Source: a virus
Taxonomy: Duplodnaviria > Caudoviricetes
Length of the DNA stretch: 31,325 nt
Direction: 5' to 3' (one strand)
Virus record (IMG/VR): IMGVR_UViG_3300036398_000073
Span: 1-31,325 of that record
Shown here one piece after another: positions 1 to 8,495 of the stretch. A program made the position numbers and the translations under genes. How positions within the stretch are numbered: position 1 is the first letter of the stretch; the number at the start of each line of letters is the position of its first letter. The notes beneath the pieces were generated by a model. That model searched no databases. It had not been told where the DNA came from and saw nothing but the letters and a program-made list of their open reading frames with translations.

Positions 1-62
1 TTATGATTCACTTACTGTATTTATGAATAGTATTAATAATGAAATGTATATAGTATATTAAA

Positions 63-1892
63 ATGGCAGATAATAAAACAGTAATAGAGGTTGAGGTTAA
101 AGGCACGGATGCCGCAGCTAACTCACTAAAAAATTTAAAGAAAGAATTAAAGGAAGCCCAAGCAGCTGCCCTCAATGGAGATGGTAATGCAGCGAAGCGA
201 GTTGCTGAATTAAAGGATAAGTTAGATGACTTAAACGATGCAACAAAAACTCTCAAAGGCTCAGGGGTTGAAAGAGTTGGTAGTTCATTTGGTTTATTAG
301 GCGATGGATTAAAGAACTTAGATTTAGATGCGGTTAAGACTGGATTTAAAGGATTAGGTGCAGCAATGAATGCTATACCATTAATGATAATAGTTAGTGG
401 TGTAATGATGTTAATGGAGAAGTTTGACATCATGGGTAAGGTAGTTGATTTAGTTACTAATTTATTTTATGCCTTTACAGATGCCATTGGATTAACTAAT
501 AAAGCAGATGAAAAGTTTGCAAAGGAAGCAGTAGCTAACGCTCAGAATGTTCAAAAGGCAAAAGAAGCCCAATACGATGCTGAAATAAAAATGGCACAAG
601 CAGCAGGGCAAGATGTAAAAGAATTGGAGTTAGAAAAATTAAAATCTATTGAAGATAGCATACAATCTCAATTAACTGCTTTAGAAGATTTAAAAACTAA
701 AAAGAAAAAATTAAATGATGAAGAGCAAAAGCAATATGATGAGTTACAATTAAACTTAATGAAATCTTCAGCCGATAGAATGGCTAAAGAATTATCTAAT
801 GCTAAAGAGCAACAACAACAATTAGCAAATTTAGCGAATTTAGAAGATAAGTTAAGGGTAGCAGGATTATCAGAAAGAGAAAAACAAATTGATGCAGTTA
901 AAAAACAAGAACAACAATTAAGAGACGAGTTAGAAAAAAATCATAAAGTAAGGTTAGGTAATGAAATGAATGATACCAAGCGTTACAATGAAGATGTAAA
1001 GAAAATTCAAGAACTTACTCAACGTGAAATAAATCAAATAAATAATAAATATTACGAGGAAGCTAAGGTTAAAAAGAAAGCACAAGACGAAGAGAAACGT
1101 AAGGAAGAGGAAGAATTATTAAATCAATCAGCATTAATAGAACAAAATAGGATAAAACTACAAAATGATGCTATCAATGAATTAAGGAAACAAAATCTAG
1201 CATCGATTAATGAAGATTTAAAAAATGCTGAAATAATAAATTTAGGTGAAATACAAACAATTCAAGCTAATGCAGATTTAGGAAAGGCAATTGCAAATAA
1301 AGAATATAGAGATAAGGAATTAGCATTTGATAGAGCGCAAGCAGCTGAGAAAGCTAAAATAGCTGAACAAGGATTAAAGTCAATACAAAACTTATCAGAT
1401 ATATTCTTTTTAGCTCAATCTTCAAAAGCTAAGAAAGGTAGTGCAGAAGCCGAAGCATTAGCTAAGAAACAATTTAAAGTAAATAAGGCCTTGCAATTAT
1501 CAATGGCAGTTATGGATGGTTACAAAGCTATTACTGCTTCATTAGCACAGGCTCCTGTTGCTATCGGCCCTATTCCTAATCCTGCCGGTATTGCTTCATT
1601 AGCATTTGCAGTAACTACCTCAGCAGCGAATGTGGCAAAGATTTTAGCAACTCAATATGAATCTACATCTACAGGTGGAGGTGAAACACCAACCCCATCA
1701 ATAGGAAGCACAGGTGAAACTCCAACAATAACACAACCAATGGCACAACAAGCACAAACACCTGGCACTAACTTCGATGCTCAAGGTAATGTAATCGGAG
1801 GTGGTTCTATTAAAGCCTATGTAGTAGAAACTGAAATAACGAATAAACAAACAACTGTAAATAGACTTGAAAGTCAAGCACAATTTGGATAA
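63..1892 (+). CDS. Tape-measure-like / DNA-ejection virion protein (609 aa)
   Basis: Long K/E/Q-rich coiled-coil, hydrophobic segment (AMNAIPLMIIVSGVMMLM), C-terminal Ala-rich hydrophobic helices (AITASLAQAP...AGIASLAFAVTTSAANVAKI) and terminal IKAYVVETEIT motif; sits next to head genes. Confidence 0.7.
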   Translation: MADNKTVIEVEVKGTDAAANSLKNLKKELKEAQAAALNGDGNAAKRVAELKDKLDDLNDATKTLKGSGVERVGSSFGLLGDGLKNLDLDAVKTGFKGLGAAMNAIPLMIIVSGVMMLMEKFDIMGKVVDLVTNLFYAFTDAIGLTNKADEKFAKEAVANAQNVQKAKEAQYDAEIKMAQAAGQDVKELELEKLKSIEDSIQSQLTALEDLKTKKKKLNDEEQKQYDELQLNLMKSSADRMAKELSNAKEQQQQLANLANLEDKLRVAGLSEREKQIDAVKKQEQQLRDELEKNHKVRLGNEMNDTKRYNEDVKKIQELTQREINQINNKYYEEAKVKKKAQDEEKRKEEEELLNQSALIEQNRIKLQNDAINELRKQNLASINEDLKNAEIINLGEIQTIQANADLGKAIANKEYRDKELAFDRAQAAEKAKIAEQGLKSIQNLSDIFFLAQSSKAKKGSAEAEALAKKQFKVNKALQLSMAVMDGYKAITASLAQAPVAIGPIPNPAGIASLAFAVTTSAANVAKILATQYESTSTGGGETPTPSIGSTGETPTITQPMAQQAQTPGTNFDAQGNVIGGGSIKAYVVETEITNKQTTVNRLESQAQFG

Positions 1893-1903
1893 TTTAAAAC
1901 AAA

Positions 1904-1915
1904 TGTAATTTAATA
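1904..1915 (+). promoter_or_regulatory. Conserved intergenic motif TGTAATTTAATA, copy 1 (putative late promoter element)
   Basis: Exact 12-mer also at 2545-2556 and 4765-4776; each copy is intergenic and ends 2-13 nt before an ATG. Confidence 0.6.
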
Positions 1916-1917
1916 CT

Positions 1918-2520
1918 ATGGAATTAATCGACTTATATATTGATGAGAATTTAGAAGACAATAGCGGAGTTAATGGTATTGCTACTGTTGATAGTCCTGC
2001 TATTGAACAAGGTTACTTCGCATTCAATAAAAATAAAAAAACTATCAGATTAACATTAGGAACTAACAAAGATAACTTCGCTCCAATATCCTCTGACAAA
2101 CAAATATTAGCAGGTGCTTTAATGATACCTGACATGGAGATATACAGAAATGATAATGGTAGAGAATACAACTGCCGATTCACTAAAGATACTATTCAAA
2201 AGATAGTTAAGAAATTTTCAATATTAGGATTCAATAATAGCATCAATGAGATGCACGATTTAAGCAAACCGATTAATAACTCAGTATTGTATCAACATTT
2301 CATTATTGATAGAGCAATGGGTATTAATCCACCTCTTAATCAAAATCATTTACCGGATGGGACTTGGTTTGGATTTGTGTATGTTGGTGATAAGAAAGTT
2401 TGGGATGAATTTATTAAAACAGGTATTTATACAGGCTTTAGTGTTGAAGGTAATTTTTATGAGCAATCGGTTAATGAATTAAGCGAAGATGAAGCTAAGG
2501 CTATAATTGATGCGCTATAA
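1918..2520 (+). CDS. XkdF-like putative prohead serine protease (200 aa)
   Basis: Motifs GALMIPD-x-x-IYR, NEMH, LPDGTW and TGFSVEG (GFSxEG serine motif); directly upstream of scaffold and capsid genes. Confidence 0.8.
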   Translation: MELIDLYIDENLEDNSGVNGIATVDSPAIEQGYFAFNKNKKTIRLTLGTNKDNFAPISSDKQILAGALMIPDMEIYRNDNGREYNCRFTKDTIQKIVKKFSILGFNNSINEMHDLSKPINNSVLYQHFIIDRAMGINPPLNQNHLPDGTWFGFVYVGDKKVWDEFIKTGIYTGFSVEGNFYEQSVNELSEDEAKAIIDAL

Positions 2521-2544
2521 TTTTTTACACAAAATCTAAGTAAT

Positions 2545-2556
2545 TGTAATTTAATA
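2545..2556 (+). promoter_or_regulatory. Conserved intergenic motif TGTAATTTAATA, copy 2
   Basis: Exact repeat upstream of the scaffold gene. Confidence 0.6.
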
Positions 2557-2569
2557 AATAAAGAATAAA

Positions 2570-3172
2570 ATGACATTTAAAGAAGCCGTAAACAAGATTC
2601 TAAGTGCGGAACAGAAAACAGAATTGAAAGAATTATTTACTTTCAATACTCCTGTACTTGTTGTAGCACCTGAGAATACTCCTGTAGCTGAGCCTGTAGT
2701 AATGGGTGAAGCTAAGTTAGTAGATGGTACTATCGTGAAATACGATACTCCTGAATTAGTAATTGGTTCAATGATAACTGTAGTAACTCCGGATGGTGAG
2801 TTTCCTGCTCCTGTAGGTGAACACACATTAGAGAATGGTACTGTAGTAACTGTTGATGAAACAGGTAAAGTAATTGAAATCGAAGTTAAAGAGGAAGCAC
2901 CTGAAGTTATAGTTGAGCCTGTTGCTCCTGTAGCAATGGCAGTAACTCCTGAAGAGAAACAAGCTATAATGGATGAGGTTATAGCAATGTTTGAACCAAG
3001 ACTAAAAGCATTAGAAGATGCTTTATTAGTAAGTCAAGCAGCATCAAGTGAATTACAAAGTAAGTTCAGCGAGTTCGGTAAGTTGTTAGATTTACCAACT
3101 AATGAGCCTACAAAAGTAGTAGATAGTAAATTTCAAAGTAAACTAAATAAAATAAAACAATTTAACAAATAA
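2570..3172 (+). CDS. Probable head scaffolding protein (200 aa)
   Basis: Acidic, V/E/P-rich; duplicated LxDG/LENG beta motif (LVDGTIVKYD, GEHTLENGTVVTVDETG); C-terminal coiled-coil; lies between protease and capsid. Confidence 0.65.
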   Translation: MTFKEAVNKILSAEQKTELKELFTFNTPVLVVAPENTPVAEPVVMGEAKLVDGTIVKYDTPELVIGSMITVVTPDGEFPAPVGEHTLENGTVVTVDETGKVIEIEVKEEAPEVIVEPVAPVAMAVTPEEKQAIMDEVIAMFEPRLKALEDALLVSQAASSELQSKFSEFGKLLDLPTNEPTKVVDSKFQSKLNKIKQFNK

Positions 3173-3184
3173 AAATAAAATCAA

Positions 3185-4096
3185 ATGGCAAATGGATATG
3201 ATGTTTCCGCTTTAGGAAGCTATACAAAACAAGACGCAAATTCTCTTATTTATAAGATTATCGCAGGTGGTCAAACTGCTTCATTAATGACAGTACAAAC
3301 AGGTGTAAAATCTGCTGAAACTATTAACATCGTAGCTGCTCGTGCTGTATGGCAAGCAGGTGGTGCTTGTGGTTTTACTGCTTCAGGTGATACTACTTTC
3401 TCACAAAGAACTATCACTATCGGTAAAGTAACTGCTCAATTAAAATGGTGTGAAGCTGATTTAGAAGCTAAGTATTTACAAGGTGCTTTAAAGGCAGGTA
3501 GTCAATATGACATGCTTACTTTCGAACAACAAATAGTTGGTGATGTTTTACAAAACATTATCAAAGATAAAGAAAGAGCAATTTGGCAAGGTGATACTTC
3601 ATCAACAAGTGCTTACTTAAACAAGTTTGATGGTTTAATTAAAATTATCGGTGCTGCTTCAGGTGTTAATTCAGCTACTACTGTAACATGGTCAGTTGCT
3701 AACTCAAGAACTGCAGTTCAAAACGTATTGACTGCTATGACAGATGATATGTTAGCTAACCCTAATATTAAGATATTTATCGGTACTGCTGAAGCTCGTG
3801 ACTATAGATTGAAGTTAGGTATTGATAATTTATACCACTTAACTGGTGCCGATGCTAAGTTATATGCTGAGAATTCAGATATCGAAATTGTACCGGTAAT
3901 TGGTTTATCAGGAACTAAGAAACTTTATGCAATGTCTACTGAGAACATGTATTTAGGTTGTGATTTACTTAACGAAGAAGAAAAATTAGATTTATTCTTT
4001 GCTAAGGAAGCAGATGAAATCAGAATGAATTGCAAGTTTAAATTAGGTGTTCAAGTAGCATTCCCTGATTTAATTGTTAAGCAAATCAACTCTTAA
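3185..4096 (+). CDS. Major capsid protein (303 aa, probably HK97 fold)
   Basis: Position after protease and scaffold; AIWQGD...FDGLIK motif typical of capsid proteins; strongly biased codon use (GCT, ACT, GGT); followed by a terminator. Confidence 0.85.
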   Translation: MANGYDVSALGSYTKQDANSLIYKIIAGGQTASLMTVQTGVKSAETINIVAARAVWQAGGACGFTASGDTTFSQRTITIGKVTAQLKWCEADLEAKYLQGALKAGSQYDMLTFEQQIVGDVLQNIIKDKERAIWQGDTSSTSAYLNKFDGLIKIIGAASGVNSATTVTWSVANSRTAVQNVLTAMTDDMLANPNIKIFIGTAEARDYRLKLGIDNLYHLTGADAKLYAENSDIEIVPVIGLSGTKKLYAMSTENMYLGCDLLNEEEKLDLFFAKEADEIRMNCKFKLGVQVAFPDLIVKQINS

Positions 4097-4107
4097 TAAA
4101 ACTTAAT

Positions 4108-4134
4108 AGGGGAGAATAAAACCTCCCCTTTTTT
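4108..4134 (+). terminator. Rho-independent terminator after capsid gene
   Basis: Stem AGGGGAG (4108-4114) / CTCCCCT (4123-4129), 8-nt loop, followed by a T run. Confidence 0.85.
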
Positions 4135-4159
4135 ATAACAAATAAAATTATAATTAATT

Positions 4160-4690
4160 ATGGCATGTGTATTAAATAGTGGTATTACCAAAGCTTGTAG
4201 AGATGCAGCACCTGGTCTTACTACCGTATATGTTACCGAGTTTAGCAATTATACTCAAGGTACAATTACATCTGCTTCAGGTATTATAACTAACTCAACT
4301 TCATTCTTAAATACGACTAAAAAGTTTTGGGTTTATGAATTAGAGATGGGTGTTGGTTCTGAAGTAGAAAATATCAATCCTGATAGCAAAACAGGAACAT
4401 TAGCAATAGCGCAAAACTTGAATTTTTATATTCCTAAAAAACAAGCATCTATTGCACAACAAGTAATGTTGTTAGCGCAACAAGATTTACTATTTATCGT
4501 TAAAGATAGAAATGGTAAATATAGATTATTAGGTCAAGAGTTCGGAATGAGAATGATAGCATCAACTGCGCCATCAGGTATTGCAGGAAATGAGCAATCA
4601 GGCTATGTATTAGCTTTCTCAGGTGAGGAAAGAACATTAGCAAATGAAGTACCAAGTAGTTTAATTACTGCTTTGACTACTGCAGCATAA
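4160..4690 (+). CDS. Probable major tail (tube) protein (176 aa)
   Basis: MAC...C N-terminus, IVKDRNGKYRLLG and SGYVLAFSGEE motifs as recalled for Bacteroidota phage tail-tube proteins; beta-rich; follows capsid gene and has its own terminator. Confidence 0.65.
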   Translation: MACVLNSGITKACRDAAPGLTTVYVTEFSNYTQGTITSASGIITNSTSFLNTTKKFWVYELEMGVGSEVENINPDSKTGTLAIAQNLNFYIPKKQASIAQQVMLLAQQDLLFIVKDRNGKYRLLGQEFGMRMIASTAPSGIAGNEQSGYVLAFSGEERTLANEVPSSLITALTTAA

Positions 4691-4713
4691 TTTTCCATGC
4701 TCTATATATAATC

Positions 4714-4742
4714 AGACTAACCCTGTAAGGTTAGTCTTTTTT
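4714..4742 (+). terminator. Rho-independent terminator after tail-tube gene
   Basis: Stem AGACTAACC (4714-4722) / GGTTAGTCT (4729-4737), 6-nt loop, followed by a T run. Confidence 0.85.
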
Positions 4743-4764
4743 ATTTTAAAAACTTTCAAAAAAT

Positions 4765-4776
4765 TGTAATTTAATA
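4765..4776 (+). promoter_or_regulatory. Conserved intergenic motif TGTAATTTAATA, copy 3
   Basis: Exact repeat just downstream of a terminator and 3 nt before the ATG at 4780, where a new promoter would be needed. Confidence 0.6.
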
Positions 4777-4779
4777 TAA

Positions 4780-5199
4780 ATGCTATATCTAATAACAGGC
4801 GGAAATACAATAACAGTTACACTAACGGAGAAAGTTACAATAGCTAATCCTCAATTTGTTTTTGTATTTGTTAACGATAATACAGGTAAAAAATTCGCAT
4901 GTACTTCAACAGATATAAGTCCTAATACAGATAGATATAATCAGTTTGATTTAACACTAACTACAACAACACCTAATCCATTATTAGCTGAGGTTCAGTT
5001 TGACGATTATGGTTTCTATCATTATTATATTTATCAAATAGTTGATGCGACTACATTCAACTATAATACAATAAACACAACAGATTTAAGAACATTAACA
5101 GGATTAGTTGAAACAGGTAAGGCTTATTGGTCTGCTCCTGTAACAGTTAATTATTATTATAAAGACATTAGAACATCGATTGTAACGTATGGCCAATAG
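4780..5199 (+). CDS. Hypothetical virion structural protein (139 aa)
   Basis: Beta-rich, T-rich ORF with RYNQF, GFYHYYIYQ and VETGKA motifs; overlaps the portal start by 11 nt; the only main gene here ending in TAG. Confidence 0.6.
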   Translation: MLYLITGGNTITVTLTEKVTIANPQFVFVFVNDNTGKKFACTSTDISPNTDRYNQFDLTLTTTTPNPLLAEVQFDDYGFYHYYIYQIVDATTFNYNTINTTDLRTLTGLVETGKAYWSAPVTVNYYYKDIRTSIVTYGQ

Positions 5200-7291
5200 T
5201 GAAATAGTAGGAAATCTACTTAAAATAGAATTTGAGAATAACACAATGCCAGTTGTGGCAGTGAAATCTAATAAGCCATATTTATATTGGGGACAACAAA
5301 ACAATTATCCATCTTACCTATTAGAATTATATAAGCGTAATGCTTATCATGGTGCGATTATAAAAACTAAGGCCGAGCATATTTATGGTAAGGGATTATG
5401 TTATGACAAAGACGAATTAACATTAGCTGAGCAAATTCAATACGATAATTTTTTAAGTAAGGCAAATAGATTCGAGGATTGGAATAGTATCTTTAGAAAG
5501 AACACAACACCATTTGAATTATTTGATGGAGTAGCATTACAAGTGATTTACAACTTCAATGGTAAGTGCGAAGTGTATGCGATGGAGTTTGCTAAGTTAA
5601 GATTAAGTCCGGATGGTAAAACAGTTTACTATTGTGATAAATGGATTAATGACGATGGGACAAGGAATATAAATCCTGAAAGACATGATTCATTTCAAGA
5701 GTATCCTATATTTAATCCGCAAGTAAGAACAGGCACACAAGTATTATATTACAAGTTACCTACATTAACTGCAATGGAGTATGGAGACATATATCCTGAG
5801 CCAAATTATTTACAATGTTGCCAAGATATCGAAACAGATATTGAGATTACTAACTTTCATTACTCAAATACTAAACAAGGATTTAGCGCATCTGCAATGC
5901 TTTCATTATTTAATGGTGAGCCTACAGAAGCCGAAAAAAAGAAATATAGCAGATTATTTGAGAATAGATTTACAGGTACAAGTAATGCCGGAAAGATTAT
6001 ATTTAACTTTGTTAATCAAGGTGGACAAGAAGCTAAAATAACTTCATTAACTGCTTCTGATTTAGATAAACAATTTGAGATATTATCTAAGCGATTACAA
6101 CAAAATATTTTAACAGGACATCGAGTTGACCCTGCATTAGCTGGTATATTCAGCGATACAATGATTGTAGGAGATAATACTGTTTACTTACAGAAATACG
6201 ATAGATGGGTAAAATCATACATTGAACATAGACAAGCGATACACATTGAGATTATTCAAATGATAGGCGAAGTTAATGGAGTTGATTTATCTAAGTTAGA
6301 AGTAAAACAGAAGGCTCCTGCATCATTGGATTTACCTTACGATACTAACCTATTGACTACATTGTTTGATGCTGAAACTCTTAAGAAACATTATGCGAAG
6401 CAGTTAGGTATTAATATTGCTGAAAGTTCAGAGGTGGAGGTTGCTAAGGGTGAAGTTGAAATGGAGGGAGTTAATGAGCATTTAAAGAATATAACTGCTA
6501 AGCAATGGATTCATATTAAGCGATTAGTTCGTGAGGTTAGCAATGGCAAGACATCGAAAGATGCTGCTAAGATGTTAATTAAAAATAGCTACGGATTGAA
6601 AGATGAAGATATTGAGTTATTATTCAAAAGTCCTGAAAGTACATTTGCTAAGCATAACGAAGATAAGATAATAGAGATGTTTTTAGAATGTGCTATTGAT
6701 GATAATCCTGACGATGAAATATTGGCTGAGTTTGAAGTAAAGAACGGATTTGAAGCATTAGAGAAAGAAAATAAATTTTTTAAACATAAATTTGCTAATC
6801 CTTATGAAGATCCTGCGAAGTTAGAGAATGCCATTATAGATATGACTTCAGGAAATCCATACATAACACCTGAAGAGATAGCAAAGCAATTAGCATTAGA
6901 TGTAGCGGTTATTTATGCTACCATTGAAACAATGAGGTTAGCAGGTTTATTAAACACATTAGAGGGTACAATAATGCCAACACCTAAAGCTATTGAAAGA
7001 ACAATAAAGCCTGTTAAAACTGAAATATACACCGTTTACAAGTATATCACTCGCGAAGATGTACCAAGAGCAATAACAGGAAGTAGGCCATTCTGCGAGA
7101 AACTATTAAGGGCATCAAACAATGGCAAAAGATGGACACGTGAAGCAATAGATAAATTATCTAATGACATGGAAGATAATACCGATGCTTGGAGTTATAG
7201 AGGAGGATATTATACAAATCCTAACAATGGTGAAACTACTGCATATTGCAGACACATTTGGAAATCAGTAATTAAAGCAAGAAAGAAATAA
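5189..7291 (+). CDS. Portal protein with C-terminal extension (wHTH-like plus Cys/His head-morphogenesis-like domain), 700 aa
   Basis: Portal-type motifs WGQQNNYPSYLLELY, HGAIIKTK...G, YPEPNY, FTGTSNAGK, ILTGHRV-P-L-GI in the first ~380 aa; C-terminal SRPFC...YRGG...CRHIW. Confidence 0.8.
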   Translation: MANSEIVGNLLKIEFENNTMPVVAVKSNKPYLYWGQQNNYPSYLLELYKRNAYHGAIIKTKAEHIYGKGLCYDKDELTLAEQIQYDNFLSKANRFEDWNSIFRKNTTPFELFDGVALQVIYNFNGKCEVYAMEFAKLRLSPDGKTVYYCDKWINDDGTRNINPERHDSFQEYPIFNPQVRTGTQVLYYKLPTLTAMEYGDIYPEPNYLQCCQDIETDIEITNFHYSNTKQGFSASAMLSLFNGEPTEAEKKKYSRLFENRFTGTSNAGKIIFNFVNQGGQEAKITSLTASDLDKQFEILSKRLQQNILTGHRVDPALAGIFSDTMIVGDNTVYLQKYDRWVKSYIEHRQAIHIEIIQMIGEVNGVDLSKLEVKQKAPASLDLPYDTNLLTTLFDAETLKKHYAKQLGINIAESSEVEVAKGEVEMEGVNEHLKNITAKQWIHIKRLVREVSNGKTSKDAAKMLIKNSYGLKDEDIELLFKSPESTFAKHNEDKIIEMFLECAIDDNPDDEILAEFEVKNGFEALEKENKFFKHKFANPYEDPAKLENAIIDMTSGNPYITPEEIAKQLALDVAVIYATIETMRLAGLLNTLEGTIMPTPKAIERTIKPVKTEIYTVYKYITREDVPRAITGSRPFCEKLLRASNNGKRWTREAIDKLSNDMEDNTDAWSYRGGYYTNPNNGETTAYCRHIWKSVIKARKK

Positions 7292-7842
7292 TGAGTAATT
7301 TAATTATATCAGAAAACTATTTAAAAGAGTATACAACTATCAATAATAATGTTGATGTGAAAATAGTAACTCCTGTAATTCAAGAGGCTCAGGTATTCTA
7401 TATACTGCCTATTTTAGGCACTCAACTATACAATCAAATAATATCTCAAGTTGGTAGTAATACTGTTTCAGCTGCTAATGTAACTCTATTAGACAATTAT
7501 GTAGTGCCTTGTTTAATGTACTATGTAAAATGTGAGTTAATCCCTGAAATGAAATACAGAATGATGAATAAGGGAGTAATGATTAAGAATAGTGAAAATT
7601 CACAACCTGCTGATTTGACTGAGATACAATTCTTAATGGATAGAGCAAAGAATAAAGCAGAAGAGTTAGCCGAAAGGACAACACGATTCTTAAGACATAA
7701 TTCAAGTACTTATCCATTATACACTGCGAATGCTCAATACGATGAAATTAGACCGAACAGAAACAATTATACAGGCGGTATATTTGTAGGTGATTTAAGA
7801 AGTGATGAAGATGATTGCAATATAATTATAGGTAATTATTAA
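7291..7842 (+). CDS. Probable head-completion / adaptor protein (183 aa)
   Basis: TAATG-coupled to portal; helical protein with AQ-x-x-YILPILGT-LY motif seen in genes following the portal in Bacteroidota phages. Confidence 0.6.
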   Translation: MSNLIISENYLKEYTTINNNVDVKIVTPVIQEAQVFYILPILGTQLYNQIISQVGSNTVSAANVTLLDNYVVPCLMYYVKCELIPEMKYRMMNKGVMIKNSENSQPADLTEIQFLMDRAKNKAEELAERTTRFLRHNSSTYPLYTANAQYDEIRPNRNNYTGGIFVGDLRSDEDDCNIIIGNY

Positions 7843-7843
7843 T

Positions 7844-7963
7844 ATGGGAGTGCATAAAAAAAATATTAAACTATTACAACAATACGAAAAATTAAATGCT
7901 AACACTAAACCAGATAGTAAAGCTATTCGAGGACAAAAAAACAAACCACGCTCAACTAAGTAA
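7844..7963 (+). CDS. Possible small basic protein (39 aa, MGVHKKNIKLLQQYEKLNANTKPDSKAIRGQKNKPRSTK), not in ORF track
   Basis: ATG 1 nt after the previous stop; fills the 7843-7895 gap; overlaps the next gene by 68 nt. Confidence 0.4.
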   Translation: MGVHKKNIKLLQQYEKLNANTKPDSKAIRGQKNKPRSTK

Positions 7964-8495
7964 AGGTACATTCATCTTTGATGAGAGTGCTGAATGGGGT
8001 GCTGATTTTGAGATAACTTATCCATTGTTTGGTGTAAGGTTACAACCATCAACTCTTAATGGTAACATTCATACCTTTAATTTTATGTTTGAGTTTGTGG
8101 ACCATGTACATCAAGACAAATTGAATCAAACCGAAGTATTAAGCGATATGATGTCTATAGCATTAGATATTTTTGCGCAAATAAAATCTGATTTAGAAGA
8201 TTATTATGATGCTACAGTAAACATAACAAGTTCATTTCAGCATGGTATCGGTGTATATGATGACGATGTTACAGGATGGCAAATGACTGTATCGGTTGAA
8301 CAGTTTTATGACATGAGTACTTGCGAAACTCCGAATAGTGGATTGAATGCAGGTGTTGTTAAGATATTAGACCAAAACGGAAATGTAATAGCTACATTGA
8401 ATCCAAACTCAACTTATACAGTTGAGGTCTTACAAGAAATCATACAAACATTAGTTGACCCTGCACCGGCAACAATTATACAAACATTAACATAA
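7896..8495 (+). CDS. Probable tail-completion / terminator-like protein (199 aa)
   Basis: Acidic alpha/beta protein with YPL, EVLSDM-x-x-I-x-x-D and VTGW motifs; lies between adaptor and fibre genes. Confidence 0.5.
   Translation: MLTLNQIVKLFEDKKTNHAQLSKGTFIFDESAEWGADFEITYPLFGVRLQPSTLNGNIHTFNFMFEFVDHVHQDKLNQTEVLSDMMSIALDIFAQIKSDLEDYYDATVNITSSFQHGIGVYDDDVTGWQMTVSVEQFYDMSTCETPNSGLNAGVVKILDQNGNVIATLNPNSTYTVEVLQEIIQTLVDPAPATIIQTLT

Noticed and set aside
4600-4800. Tail-assembly-chaperone programmed frameshift after the tail-tube gene
   Set aside because: The gene is followed by a terminator and a new upstream motif; no chaperone ORF pair or convincing slippery site.
5781-6041. 86-aa alternative-frame ORF inside the portal gene
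   Set aside because: Fully nested in a conserved portal region, with out-of-frame composition and no independent signal.
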